Shown one piece after another: positions 40,232-49,675 of a stretch of 63,486 nucleotides of DNA. How positions within the stretch are numbered: position 1 is the first letter of the stretch; every line of letters begins with the position of its first letter. The notes below the pieces were generated by a model. That model was not told the origin of the DNA. It made no database searches and worked only from the letters and a program-made list of their open reading frames with translations. Source of the stretch: a virus (lineage: Duplodnaviria > Caudoviricetes); the IMG/VR virus record IMGVR_UViG_3300036833_000428, positions 1 to 63,486 of that record. One strand, 5' to 3'. The translations under genes were made by a program, and so were the position numbers.

Positions 40232-40441
40232 CTACCGATAAATTTCCGCGTCAAAGATGCCCCGGGCGTTATCCAGGAACAGTCGAATATCGAACATAGT
40301 TGCTTCAATCGACTTCAGCTGCTTGGTGACCTGCTCCCGGAAACACACGAATTCCTCGAGCAGATCCTCAAACGTCGCCAGCTTCTCGTCCGCCTCCGGC
40401 GCCGGCTCGGGTAGCGGACCAAGATCGACAAGCATCGCCAT
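40232..40441 (-). CDS. Small coiled-coil protein
   Basis: TGATG coupling with the upstream gene. Confidence 0.55.
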   Translation of the reverse strand: MAMLVDLGPLPEPAPEADEKLATFEDLLEEFVCFREQVTKQLKSIEATMFDIRLFLDNARGIFDAEIYR

Positions 40442-41673
40442 CAGTAAATCCCCGAAAACCGGCAACCCTTGGTCGCAATCCCGCACCCGCGAACCTTTCC
40501 GCCATTCGCATAACGCCCCGCGCCCTTGGGCGGAGGGATGGTGTTGGGGAATCCCTTGCGCTGCTTGGCCGCTCCACCGGCCGCCATCTTGTCTTTGCAC
40601 TCCCCACCCTTGGCTTTATGGAGGCCCTTGAGCGTTTCCGCCAATCGCGCGCGCTGGCCCAGCTTCCCGGGAGCCTTTGCCGCCTTAGCCAGCTTACCGG
40701 CCGGGATCTTCTTGCCTTGTGCCACGCCCAATTGCCGGTGCAGCGCCCCCGGATGCTTGATCGCTTTCTGAATGAACTTGCCGCCCTTGGCCATGAGCGG
40801 ACCAGCCACCGGCGGCGTGCCACCCGGACCAGAAGGCAAAGACGGCGCCGTGCCTTCATCCGCCTCGTAATCATAAGGACTGGGTGTCGACACGGGCTGC
40901 TTCGCCGCCATTGGCTTGGGCCCTTTCGGCCGGCGCAGCTTGATCCCTCCGCCACGAGCCTTCTTCACCGGCTCCGGCTCCTCCACCGATTCACCGAACT
41001 GCCGGTCGCGCCCCGTACGAACCTTGCCGCCACGCGCGAAACCCATGCCCGGGCCGGCAGCAGGCGCAGCACCCTGAAGAGCCGGGTTGGCAAATTGCGC
41101 GAGATAGGCCTGTAGCGCCGCCGGGTTCGCCGCCCCAGCCGCGGCCGGATTAGCCATGCCACCAGCAGCAGGCCCCAAGCCCGCCATGCCTGGCGCGGGG
41201 AGCTGCGGACGCATGCGCCCCATTAACTGAGCACGCATCGCGGCCTGCGCCGCCGGCATCGCCGCCGCCGCCGCAGCCGGATTCGCCATGCCGCCGGGAG
41301 CAGCCCCCAGGCCCGCCATGGGAGATGCACCGGGCATTCCGCCAGGAGCAGGAGCCATACGCCCCAGCTGAGCCCGCATCGCGGCCTGCATCAGAGCGGG
41401 ATTCGGCACCGCGGCCTGATTGAGAGTGGAACCGGGGCCGCCGCCAGTAAGGCCGGTCATCGTGCTTTGCGGCGCACCGGCACCCGGATTAGGCATAGCC
41501 TGCGGCATACCGGGAGGTAATGGCCCCGTTGACTGAGGCACTGCACCCGGCGCGTTGAGCCAGGCCGGCAGCCCCGGCGGCAGCCCCGGCGGCAGCCCCG
41601 GCGGCAGCCCCGTTGGCTGATTGACTCCGCCCCCCTGAAACCGCCGCGGAGGACTAAAACCTCGAATTCGCAT
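40441..41673 (-). CDS. Disordered basic putative internal virion protein with many xxGG motifs
   Basis: Pro/Gly/Ala/Met-rich N-terminal half; KFIQKAIKHPGALH module; C-terminus RGCGIATKGCRFSGIY. Confidence 0.75.
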   Translation of the reverse strand: MRIRGFSPPRRFQGGGVNQPTGLPPGLPPGLPPGLPAWLNAPGAVPQSTGPLPPGMPQAMPNPGAGAPQSTMTGLTGGGPGSTLNQAAVPNPALMQAAMRAQLGRMAPAPGGMPGASPMAGLGAAPGGMANPAAAAAAMPAAQAAMRAQLMGRMRPQLPAPGMAGLGPAAGGMANPAAAGAANPAALQAYLAQFANPALQGAAPAAGPGMGFARGGKVRTGRDRQFGESVEEPEPVKKARGGGIKLRRPKGPKPMAAKQPVSTPSPYDYEADEGTAPSLPSGPGGTPPVAGPLMAKGGKFIQKAIKHPGALHRQLGVAQGKKIPAGKLAKAAKAPGKLGQRARLAETLKGLHKAKGGECKDKMAAGGAAKQRKGFPNTIPPPKGAGRYANGGKVRGCGIATKGCRFSGIY

Positions 41674-41678
41674 ATTTA

Positions 41679-41978
41679 TTACTCCCGAAAGGCCGTCGGA
41701 CGGCCGTTAGTCCAGTTGTTTGAAGGATAGAGTTTGCGCGATGCCTGCAAGCCCGTGTCCGGCCGCGCATGCCGCAGAGCCTGAGCATCCGTCGTGATGT
41801 ACTGGCTCAAGAAATTTTGGGGATGGTCTTTGTCCCAACACACCGGACACGCCAGAATTCCCGTGCGCTTCCCGCGGATCGTCGTCTCCCGCAAATCCAC
41901 ATACTTGACGCGCATGGAGCACACATCGCAAATTGCATTGGCGTATTTACCGGATGCGAATTTCGTGGAATGCGCCAT
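41679..41978 (-). CDS. Zinc-ribbon virion-module protein
   Basis: FASGKYANAICDVC...CPVCWDKDHPQ...RPD. Confidence 0.75.
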   Translation of the reverse strand: MAHSTKFASGKYANAICDVCSMRVKYVDLRETTIRGKRTGILACPVCWDKDHPQNFLSQYITTDAQALRHARPDTGLQASRKLYPSNNWTNGRPTAFRE

Positions 41979-42029
41979 ACCGTATTCGGGATTATACCGC
42001 CGGGACACACCCGAAATGATCAAATGAAG

Positions 42030-42734
42030 CTAGATCGATTGGTAATTCCAGGGAATGAAGTGGAAGCTGGCCCGGTCGCGATCTTCATCCGAAGCCAAAC
42101 CAAATTGCTCCTCATATTCCGCTTTAAGCAGCGGAACCCGCTGCAGCGCATTGGGGTCCTTGGATTTGAGCGCCAAACGAAAAGCCAGGCCGGCAATCAT
42201 GGCGGGAATGAAACGCCAGGGGATCTCCGGCATGCCCGTCCCCCCCTGACCGAGCGGCGCCATGCGCCGCAAACGATAATAAGCCAGCGCATAGACGGGA
42301 CTCGTAGGCGGCGTCATCCAGAGATAAAAGTAAGGATGAATCTGCCGGCGAATGGAAACGATCGAAGGCCGGCCCTGCGCCCATTTATTCGGAATCGCAT
42401 CGTATTCGGGAAATGTCATGCGGTCCAGAGGGAAATCCGTATACTGCGACACCCCGTTCGCATCAACCGTGGGAATACGTAATATATGGTCCACCAGATC
42501 GACCGTGTCGTCCGGCAGCCAGTATTGCGAAATCCCCGGCAACAGCGTGATCGTGACCGGCCCTTCGATCGTCCACAGGTTTAATCCGCGATTGGCCCAC
42601 TCGATCTGCAGCAGCTCGAGCGCCCGCCGCGCCGTGCGTAACGAATAGCCACTCCGAAACTCGATGCCGGCGCGCTCCGCGGCCTCCTGCGCAATCTCCA
42701 CTACATCGAAGGTGGGGAAAGCACCCGCCGCCAT
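42030..42734 (-). CDS. Head-tail connector protein
   Basis: EAAERAG...SGYSLRTARRALELLQIEWANRGLNLWT...PWRFIPAMIAGLA. Confidence 0.8.
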   Translation of the reverse strand: MAAGAFPTFDVVEIAQEAAERAGIEFRSGYSLRTARRALELLQIEWANRGLNLWTIEGPVTITLLPGISQYWLPDDTVDLVDHILRIPTVDANGVSQYTDFPLDRMTFPEYDAIPNKWAQGRPSIVSIRRQIHPYFYLWMTPPTSPVYALAYYRLRRMAPLGQGGTGMPEIPWRFIPAMIAGLAFRLALKSKDPNALQRVPLLKAEYEEQFGLASDEDRDRASFHFIPWNYQSI

Positions 42735-42735
42735 A

Positions 42736-43401
42736 TCACTTCGCCCGCCGCGCCTGACTCAGCCCAATAGCGATCGCCTGCTTCCGGTTGCGCACGAGCG
42801 GCCCCTTCTTCGAACCGGAATGGAGTTCGCCTGATTTGAATTCCTGCATGGTTTGGTGCATCTTCTCACGCCCGCGCGGAGTGGTAGAAACCGCACCGCG
42901 CCTGGCTTTCGACAGCATGGGCTGATTATACGCCGGCTCAACAGGCACCGCTAACCCGACATATCCGACAAACACCCCGTGATCATAATGCGGAGCGTTA
43001 TACGACACGAGCCGGACATAGGTTCCATCAGCCCGACGCAGCCGATAGCAGGTCGTAGCGGAAACAAGCGCCGCACGGCCTCGCAAGTAATCACTCCACA
43101 AAAGCTCGATATCGTCCGGATGCACCGCCTCGGACCACCCCGTTCCCACGCTATTGCCCACATCCCGTCCCGTAAGCGCGTACCAGTCACTGCTCAGAGA
43201 GGTGCAGATATTATCCGGGGCCACCCGCCAGCACAGCAGGTGCGGCAAGCGGCGCAGCAGACAGATCGCATCCCGAAGAATCTCCTCGCATGACTCCTCC
43301 AGACGATCTAAATCTTCGGGATGATCGGCTACTACGATCAGCATCCGCAACGCGGTGTGCCAATCCGCCAACTCGGCTTCGGACGGCCTGAGAATTCCCA
43401 T
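42736..43401 (-). CDS. PAS-domain protein fused in frame to a DUF6496-like basic domain
   Basis: WYALTG...GTGWSEAVHPDD...YRLRRADGTY...GYVG (PAS_3/PAC pattern) then MQEFKSGELHSG...RKQAIAIGLSQARR. Confidence 0.8.
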   Translation of the reverse strand: MGILRPSEAELADWHTALRMLIVVADHPEDLDRLEESCEEILRDAICLLRRLPHLLCWRVAPDNICTSLSSDWYALTGRDVGNSVGTGWSEAVHPDDIELLWSDYLRGRAALVSATTCYRLRRADGTYVRLVSYNAPHYDHGVFVGYVGLAVPVEPAYNQPMLSKARRGAVSTTPRGREKMHQTMQEFKSGELHSGSKKGPLVRNRKQAIAIGLSQARRAK

Positions 43402-43518
43402 CGCACGTCCCCTTTGAAAAGGAGTATATGCCCAACGGATACAGGCCGATCAATTTTTTTATTCTGGGTTACAACCACCGAGAGAGCTTCCCAATATAGT
43501 GCCCGATGAAGTCAAAAG

Positions 43519-44232
43519 CTATCTGGTTTTAATGTCTCCAGTATCTAGATCTGCACCATGGCGCCGAGTGGGCTTGCGACCCAAAATGTTCGAGGTCATC
43601 TCCACGAGTTCCTTTCGCAACTCCGTTCGCCAGGCCACCCGGTCCTGATCCTGCCGCTCCCCGAATTCCCTGATCTTCTCGTTCAATACGTCCTTGATCT
43701 TCTCCGAAACCTCTTCGCGCCGGATCCAGGCGGATTGAAACTTGCCCATCAAAGGCTTAAACTGCTCGTCTGACATCGGCGCATAGGAACGCAGGGCTTC
43801 CTCGAATGCCGGATGCTTGCGCGCCTCCTCGAGCACCTTCAACAGACTGTCGCGATAAATCTCGTTGAAGACCGTCGTGAACACCATCTTCGGCATGCGT
43901 AAATAACCAAGCACCGAAATTACGACCGACTGCTCTTCCGGCGTAGCATACAAAACCAGAAATCGTGCGAAACGCGCCACACGATCCTCGTTCATCTCCT
44001 CGGCCACTAACTTCACAATGCCGCGTTCCAGGATATCCGTAATACGCTCACCTGTAGCTTTGGCGTGCGCATACGCCATGTCCAGATAAGACTGCTCGAT
44101 CCGCACGCTGATTTGACTCTTTACCTTTTTTCGCCCGCGCGGATCACGAGCCTTTACGGAATCTTTGGCGGACTCCACAGTTAGAGGAGGGCCGGGGGTA
44201 ACCGGCTGAACCTCCTTTCGACGTTTAGCCAT
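43519..44232 (-). CDS. Putative ribbon-helix-helix regulator
   Basis: KSQISVRIEQSYLDMAYAHAKATGERITDILERGI; AGGAG RBS; divergent from the replication operon. Confidence 0.65.
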   Translation of the reverse strand: MAKRRKEVQPVTPGPPLTVESAKDSVKARDPRGRKKVKSQISVRIEQSYLDMAYAHAKATGERITDILERGIVKLVAEEMNEDRVARFARFLVLYATPEEQSVVISVLGYLRMPKMVFTTVFNEIYRDSLLKVLEEARKHPAFEEALRSYAPMSDEQFKPLMGKFQSAWIRREEVSEKIKDVLNEKIREFGERQDQDRVAWRTELRKELVEMTSNILGRKPTRRHGADLDTGDIKTR

Positions 44233-44402
44233 GTCCAGTCTCCTATCGTTTATCAGTGGAAATTCAGTGGAAAAGATAAACCCGATTTTTGCCGTTGACT
44301 TATATCGGGTGCGGTGGCAGAATTTGTGAGTCGTCCGTTTCTTCTGATCGCCGCTTACATGGCAGCGACCGGGACCACCCCTTCGACCATCCGAGGTGAC
44401 GT

Positions 44403-44666
44403 GTGTCTGTGGCATCGGGCTATCTCAATAATACGGAAACATCTTCCGCTAAAAGTCTCAAAAAGCAATCAATTTCACCCAGGAAAAGTACCAGAGACAC
44501 AAACACCATCTATCAGGCTTTGTGTCGCCAGCAGCTCTTCGGGCGAGTCATCGAGACTCTGGCATATTATGCCCGACATTCCACAGTTACTGCCAGACCA
44601 CAAGATATAGAGCTACTTCTCACTATCGATCTAGCCCTAGTGCGCTACGGGAAGGAAAAGCTCTAA
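44403..44666 (+). CDS. Hypothetical protein
   Basis: GAGGT RBS with GTG start; stops 1 nt before the helicase ATG. Confidence 0.45.
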   Translation: MSVASGYLNNTETSSAKSLKKQSISPRKSTRDTNTIYQALCRQQLFGRVIETLAYYARHSTVTARPQDIELLLTIDLALVRYGKEKL

Positions 44667-44667
44667 G

Positions 44668-46176
44668 ATGCAACCCTGGCCGCACCAGATAGAGGCCGCA
44701 CAGTACGTACGCGACTTACTCTCCAAAGGCAAACGCGGGTTCATGCTGGCTATCACCATGGGCGGCGGCAAAAGCAAAATCACCATCGACCTGATTGTCG
44801 AACTCGGAATTCGGGTTGTTCTGATTTTGTGTCCGTTGAGAGTCGTCGAAGTGTGGCGCCAGCAGTTCGTCCGGCACGCTCCCGGCCAGTATCGATTTCT
44901 GGCCCTCGATGACCGCTATCCAACCGTCACCGCCAAATGGCATGCCGCGCGCGACGCCACCGATTGGCAAGCCCGGCTGCCCGGCCAGAAACTGGTGATC
45001 GCGATCAACTATGAGAGCGCCCGCCTGGGCGCTTTTGCCCACTGGGCCACCAACCGCCCCTGGCCTATGGTGATAGCTGACGAATCGCACCGCGGAAAGC
45101 TCAGTAACGGCCGGACGGCGCGCTTCTTAGCCAAGCTCGGCATGCTGGCCGATATCCGCGGCGCCCTTACCGGAACTCCGATGCCGCATGAACCGCTCGA
45201 CATCTGGGCGCAGTTCCGCTTCCTTGATCGCAATATCCTCGATGCGACGTACGGCGCATTCAAGGTACGGCATGCCATCCTGGGCGGCTACCAGGGCCGG
45301 CAGATCGTCGCCTGGCGCGATCTCGACCAGCTGCAGGAAAAATTCCGGTCCATTGCCTTCCACGTCGGGCGCGAAGTCCTCAACCTTCCCGTGCTGGTCG
45401 AAGAGGCTCTCTACACCACCCTCTCGCCCAACGCCGCGCGCATGTACCGCGAGATGGAGCAGGACCTCATAACCCGCATCGAGACCCACGAGGTCACGGC
45501 CGCCAATGCCCTGGTAAAGCTGCTGCGGCTCGAGCAAATCACCAGCGGCTTCGTGCGCGACGACGAGACGAATACCGACACCATCATCGATGAGGCCAAA
45601 GAAAAACTACTCGAAGGGCTGCTCGAGGACCTGACCGATAACAATCCGGACCGGGCGTTCGCCCAATTCGAAGGTAATCGACCACCCCAAAACGAGCCCG
45701 TGGTCGTTTTCGCCAAATTCAAGGCGGACTTGAAAGCCATCCATCGCGCCGCACGCGCCGCTGGCTTCAACTCGGGCGAGCTCTCGGGCAGCCGCGATGA
45801 TCTCCAGGCCTGGCAACGGGGCGAGCCTAACGACCCTACCGTGCTCGCCGTCCAGATCCAGGCCGGCGACGTCGGCATCGATCTCACCCGCGCGCGCTTC
45901 GGGGTGTATTATTCGCTCGACTATTCGCTGGCCCACTATCTCCAATCACAGGCGCGCATCTACCGGCCTCCACAAAATCAACGGGTCGCTATCTATCACC
46001 TGCTGGTGCGCAACTCAATCGATGAGATCGTCTGGCGCGCTGTAAAACGACGGGAAAGCCTTATCGACGCCATTTTGAGGGAACTACCATGCTTCCATTC
46101 CAACAATCAGAAACAGAGCCGGAACCAGAACCCAGAAGTGCAGAGTATAGAGCCTTCCATGAGTTCGCGGAACTGA
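44668..46176 (+). CDS. SNF2-family (SF2) helicase/ATPase
   Basis: MGGGKS Walker A, INYE, DESH, LTGTP, GIDLT, QSQARIYR. Confidence 0.92.
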   Translation: MQPWPHQIEAAQYVRDLLSKGKRGFMLAITMGGGKSKITIDLIVELGIRVVLILCPLRVVEVWRQQFVRHAPGQYRFLALDDRYPTVTAKWHAARDATDWQARLPGQKLVIAINYESARLGAFAHWATNRPWPMVIADESHRGKLSNGRTARFLAKLGMLADIRGALTGTPMPHEPLDIWAQFRFLDRNILDATYGAFKVRHAILGGYQGRQIVAWRDLDQLQEKFRSIAFHVGREVLNLPVLVEEALYTTLSPNAARMYREMEQDLITRIETHEVTAANALVKLLRLEQITSGFVRDDETNTDTIIDEAKEKLLEGLLEDLTDNNPDRAFAQFEGNRPPQNEPVVVFAKFKADLKAIHRAARAAGFNSGELSGSRDDLQAWQRGEPNDPTVLAVQIQAGDVGIDLTRARFGVYYSLDYSLAHYLQSQARIYRPPQNQRVAIYHLLVRNSIDEIVWRAVKRRESLIDAILRELPCFHSNNQKQSRNQNPEVQSIEPSMSSRN

Positions 46177-46577
46177 CTACCCAAAAGCGAGAACTCAAGG
46201 ATGAGCTCGAACGAATCGAAAAAGCGCTCGCAAACCTCGAGCCGCTACTACTCGACTATTTAGGCGAAAACGGGTACGAATCGGTCCGCATCGGCGGATA
46301 CACGATCAAGGCGCAACGCCTGCCATGGGTCTACCCGATTGAGGGCGCCACGCGCGAAATGGTGATCACCGCCCTCAAAGCTGCCGGCCTCGAGAAGTAC
46401 GTCAAAGAAAACTACAGCACGCAGAGCCTCACCAAATACATCTCCGATCTCGAAGAGGAGTACGCAAACGAACTGCGCAACGAGACTATGAAGTCCGTTC
46501 TCGAGATCGTTCCCGCACCGCTCGCGGAAGTCATCGAACTCAAGCCAGCATATGTGATTCATGCCACGAAAAAGTAA
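46089..46577 (+). CDS. Conserved replication-module protein
   Basis: N-terminal coiled coil plus alpha/beta body; GAGG RBS; sits between the helicase and the SSB-like gene. Confidence 0.65.
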   Translation: MLPFQQSETEPEPEPRSAEYRAFHEFAELTTQKRELKDELERIEKALANLEPLLLDYLGENGYESVRIGGYTIKAQRLPWVYPIEGATREMVITALKAAGLEKYVKENYSTQSLTKYISDLEEEYANELRNETMKSVLEIVPAPLAEVIELKPAYVIHATKK

Positions 46578-46599
46578 TGAAACAAGGGAGATCCTGCCC

Positions 46600-47463
46600 A
46601 TGAAAAAAAACGCCCTCGAAACTGCTCCGCCGGAAGCCAGCCCCAAGGCGGAAAACCAAACCAACACCGAAAACTCCGAAATCGCCAGCCAAGCTCGAAC
46701 CAGCTCCGAAATCGCCCAAGCTGCAGCTGCCAGCCAAGCTGCCCCCAGCTCCGAAATCGCCAAGCGCGAAGAACCGTATCTCATCCTGCGCCCGGAACAC
46801 AACAACGCCGAAACCCTGCCGCTCTTCGAGGCCAATGTCGGCCCTCATGGCATCTCGGCCCTGGACTTGACCCGCATCCGCGTGCCCACCGGCGGCGGCC
46901 TCTCCTGGGAAATCGAGACCCTCGACGGCATCGAGCAGATCAAAGAAGTCACCGGCTGGATCGGCGCCTGGCGCACCGCGCGCGCCTTCTGGAAAGAATC
47001 ATTCGGCCGCGGCGGCGGCGTCAAACCACCGGACTGCACGTCGCGCAACGGGTTTACAGGTGTCGGTGATCCGGGCGGCGATTGCAGCCAGTGCCCCTAT
47101 GCGCAGTTCGGCTCCGCCGAAGCAGGCGCCGGCCAGGCATGCAAACAAATGCGCCAGATTTTGCTCATCCGGCCCGGCGAACTGCTGCCTACGCTGCTCG
47201 CCGTGCCGCCTACCTCGCTCAAAAACGCCACCCAGTACTTCCTGCAACTGCTCGGCAAAGGCCTGCCCTTTTGGGCTCTTGAAACCAAGTTCACGCTTGA
47301 GCGCGCGACCAATGCCGGCGGAATCAACTACGCCAAAGTGCGCTTCTCCCCCGGGCGCCGGTTCACGCCGGAGGAACGCGCCATGCTCGAGCCCCTACAG
47401 CACAAAATGCGCGAGGTGCTCGACCCCATCATTGTCGATTCCAAAACCTACAGTCAGGAATAG
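46600..47463 (+). CDS. Putative ssDNA-binding / recombination protein with a Cys cluster
   Basis: PPDCTS.NG...CSQCPYAQFGS...ACK...LAVPPTSLK; function inferred from context. Confidence 0.6.
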   Translation: MKKNALETAPPEASPKAENQTNTENSEIASQARTSSEIAQAAAASQAAPSSEIAKREEPYLILRPEHNNAETLPLFEANVGPHGISALDLTRIRVPTGGGLSWEIETLDGIEQIKEVTGWIGAWRTARAFWKESFGRGGGVKPPDCTSRNGFTGVGDPGGDCSQCPYAQFGSAEAGAGQACKQMRQILLIRPGELLPTLLAVPPTSLKNATQYFLQLLGKGLPFWALETKFTLERATNAGGINYAKVRFSPGRRFTPEERAMLEPLQHKMREVLDPIIVDSKTYSQE

Positions 47464-47481
47464 CCATGCGAGGTTCCCCCC

Positions 47482-47925
47482 ATGCCGTGGCAATACAACG
47501 AACCGGAAGATCCACAGCCAGCAAAGGATCTCGAGACGTTCGAGTTTCCACCCTCGCTGGCCGATATCTCGCCCGATGTTCCCATGGACGACGCCTCCGT
47601 GACTTGCTGGAACGGCACGGCGTTCGTGACGTGGGAAAAATGGCGCGGCGCAAAGCCGCTCGCGAGGATCGACCCGAAAGACCAACCCTGGGAACCTGAT
47701 CCAGGAATCAAACGCTGGGCCGCCACGTGCGGCCCAGTCGACATCCACGTCTTTCGGGAAGAAGAAAAAGAGGACCGCCTCGAGCGCTGGCTCATGCACG
47801 TCCGGCCGGCGCACCGAAGCTATTTCGAGCGCCGCAAAGACTTCGCCTCCATCTCCGCACGGCACTCCATCGAAACCGCCGAACTATGGTACGGCAAAGC
47901 TCAAGACGGATGGAAACCCTACTGA
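47482..47925 (+). CDS. Hypothetical protein
   Basis: GAGG RBS; fills the operon. Confidence 0.6.
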   Translation: MPWQYNEPEDPQPAKDLETFEFPPSLADISPDVPMDDASVTCWNGTAFVTWEKWRGAKPLARIDPKDQPWEPDPGIKRWAATCGPVDIHVFREEEKEDRLERWLMHVRPAHRSYFERRKDFASISARHSIETAELWYGKAQDGWKPY

Positions 47926-47926
47926 C

Positions 47927-49675
47927 ATGGGTACGCACGAGTTTCTGGAACGCCTCTATGGCGGCAAGCCGGACAACCTCTACATCCTGGTTTGGACGAT
48001 CCCGGATAAAAGGAGCTATTGGTGCCAAACCGTAGAAATCGCCGAAAAGGTCATTGCAAATTTAAAGGGCCAACAAAAAGACGTTTATGTCGGCATCGGT
48101 CTCGCGCCGCGCGCGGGCAGTTCACAGGAACGCACCAAGGCCGAAGAGATCGCCGGCCTCGTGGCCGTCTGGGCCGACGTCGATTTCGAGTCTCCCGTCC
48201 ACCCCGGGAAAAAACTTCCCAAAGACCTGGAAGAAGCCCTCGAGATTCTGCCCAAGCGGCTGCCCCCCACCTTCGTAATCCTCACCGGGCACGGAGCGCA
48301 GTTCTGGTGGGCCCTGAAAGAACCCGAAGTTTTCGAAAACGATACCGAACGCGAACGCGCGCATAAAGTGATGAAGCGCTGGCAGAGCTTGCTGTGCCTC
48401 AATGCCGCCGGCTATCCCCATTCCTGGCAATTAGACCGCCTGGCCGATCTTGCGCGCATCGCGCGCGTGCCGGGAACGTGGAACCACAAGGAAACCGGAA
48501 AACCAAAGCCGGTCGAAATCCATGGCGCTTATGACTTCGCCTATAACCTTAGCGATTTTGAAAATTATCTCGATTTGCTCGGCATCCCGGCAGAAGAAAA
48601 AGTCCCTCAGCCTAACCACGACTCCATACGGAGCCAGGTCGCCACGAGCGGACTCCGCATTAATCTCCACGCCACCATCGATCCCGATTGGATCGAGCTG
48701 TGGATCAGCGCCGATCCGCAATTTGCCCGCACCTGGCGCAAGGAACGTCCGGAATTTCCGAGCCAGAGCGAATACGACATGGCCCTCTGCCACTTCAGCG
48801 TCCGCATCGGGCTCGACCACCAAAAAATAATCGACCTCTCGGTGCAGCACCGCCGCATGCACGGCGGCAAACACCGCCATAAACTCGGCTGGTATATCGA
48901 CAACATCCGCAAGGCGGAGATATACCACCAGCAGTTTCTCGAGAACATCCAGCTCCTCAATCCTCCGGCACCTGAGCCGGATCAATCCGGCCCAAACCCC
49001 GACCAGCCATCCGGAACAGCGGGAACAGCAGGCCCACTCGCCATCGTCAACGAGCGCCTAAAGCTGAAAGCCCGCATCACCCGCATCGTCAAGATCACAG
49101 GGCGGGTCCCCAGCTACCGGATCGAGTTCGGAAACGGCTCCTCCCTCCGCTTCGCCACCATCGAAGCCATCCTCGAGGAAAAATCCTTCCGCTTCGCGAT
49201 CGCCGGCCACCTCAACCAGGTCATCCCGCACTTTCTACCCAGACACTGGATCCCCGTCACAGCCGCCATGCTGCAGGCGCTCGTCGAAATCTCGGGAGGA
49301 ATTGAACTCGAGGAAATCAGCTCCAGCCAGGAACATCTCGCCGAATACCTCGAAAACATTCCCCTGATCAAAGACCCCGCGAAAGAACCCCGCCAGCGCA
49401 TCTTCTGGCCCATCATCCATTACGACCGTATCGCCGTCCACGCCGGGAACTTTACCCAATACCTGAAAACACGCAATGCCGACATCACCCTCAAAGAGGT
49501 AATAGCCGACCTCGTTTCGGTGGGCGCCGAGCGCACCACCATAACGCCCACCGGCCTTCGCAAACAAACCCGATGGCTGCTCCCCGCGGCCGACTTCCCG
49601 GCCGACAAGGTGGCCCAAAACGCCGCCTCCCTCAACGAAGAAACGAACAACGAACCAGAGGAGAAAATCCAATGA
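47927..49675 (+). CDS. RepB-like (AEP superfamily) DNA primase
   Basis: DVYVG, VWADVD, PTFVILTGHGAQFWW, RIARVPGTWNHK, SQSEYDMAL. Confidence 0.85.
   Translation: MGTHEFLERLYGGKPDNLYILVWTIPDKRSYWCQTVEIAEKVIANLKGQQKDVYVGIGLAPRAGSSQERTKAEEIAGLVAVWADVDFESPVHPGKKLPKDLEEALEILPKRLPPTFVILTGHGAQFWWALKEPEVFENDTERERAHKVMKRWQSLLCLNAAGYPHSWQLDRLADLARIARVPGTWNHKETGKPKPVEIHGAYDFAYNLSDFENYLDLLGIPAEEKVPQPNHDSIRSQVATSGLRINLHATIDPDWIELWISADPQFARTWRKERPEFPSQSEYDMALCHFSVRIGLDHQKIIDLSVQHRRMHGGKHRHKLGWYIDNIRKAEIYHQQFLENIQLLNPPAPEPDQSGPNPDQPSGTAGTAGPLAIVNERLKLKARITRIVKITGRVPSYRIEFGNGSSLRFATIEAILEEKSFRFAIAGHLNQVIPHFLPRHWIPVTAAMLQALVEISGGIELEEISSSQEHLAEYLENIPLIKDPAKEPRQRIFWPIIHYDRIAVHAGNFTQYLKTRNADITLKEVIADLVSVGAERTTITPTGLRKQTRWLLPAADFPADKVAQNAASLNEETNNEPEEKIQ

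Noticed and set aside
44472-44482. Fourth TTTCACCC promoter box
   Set aside because: The match is partial, is not followed by the -35/TACG/-10 arrangement, and lies within a probable ORF.
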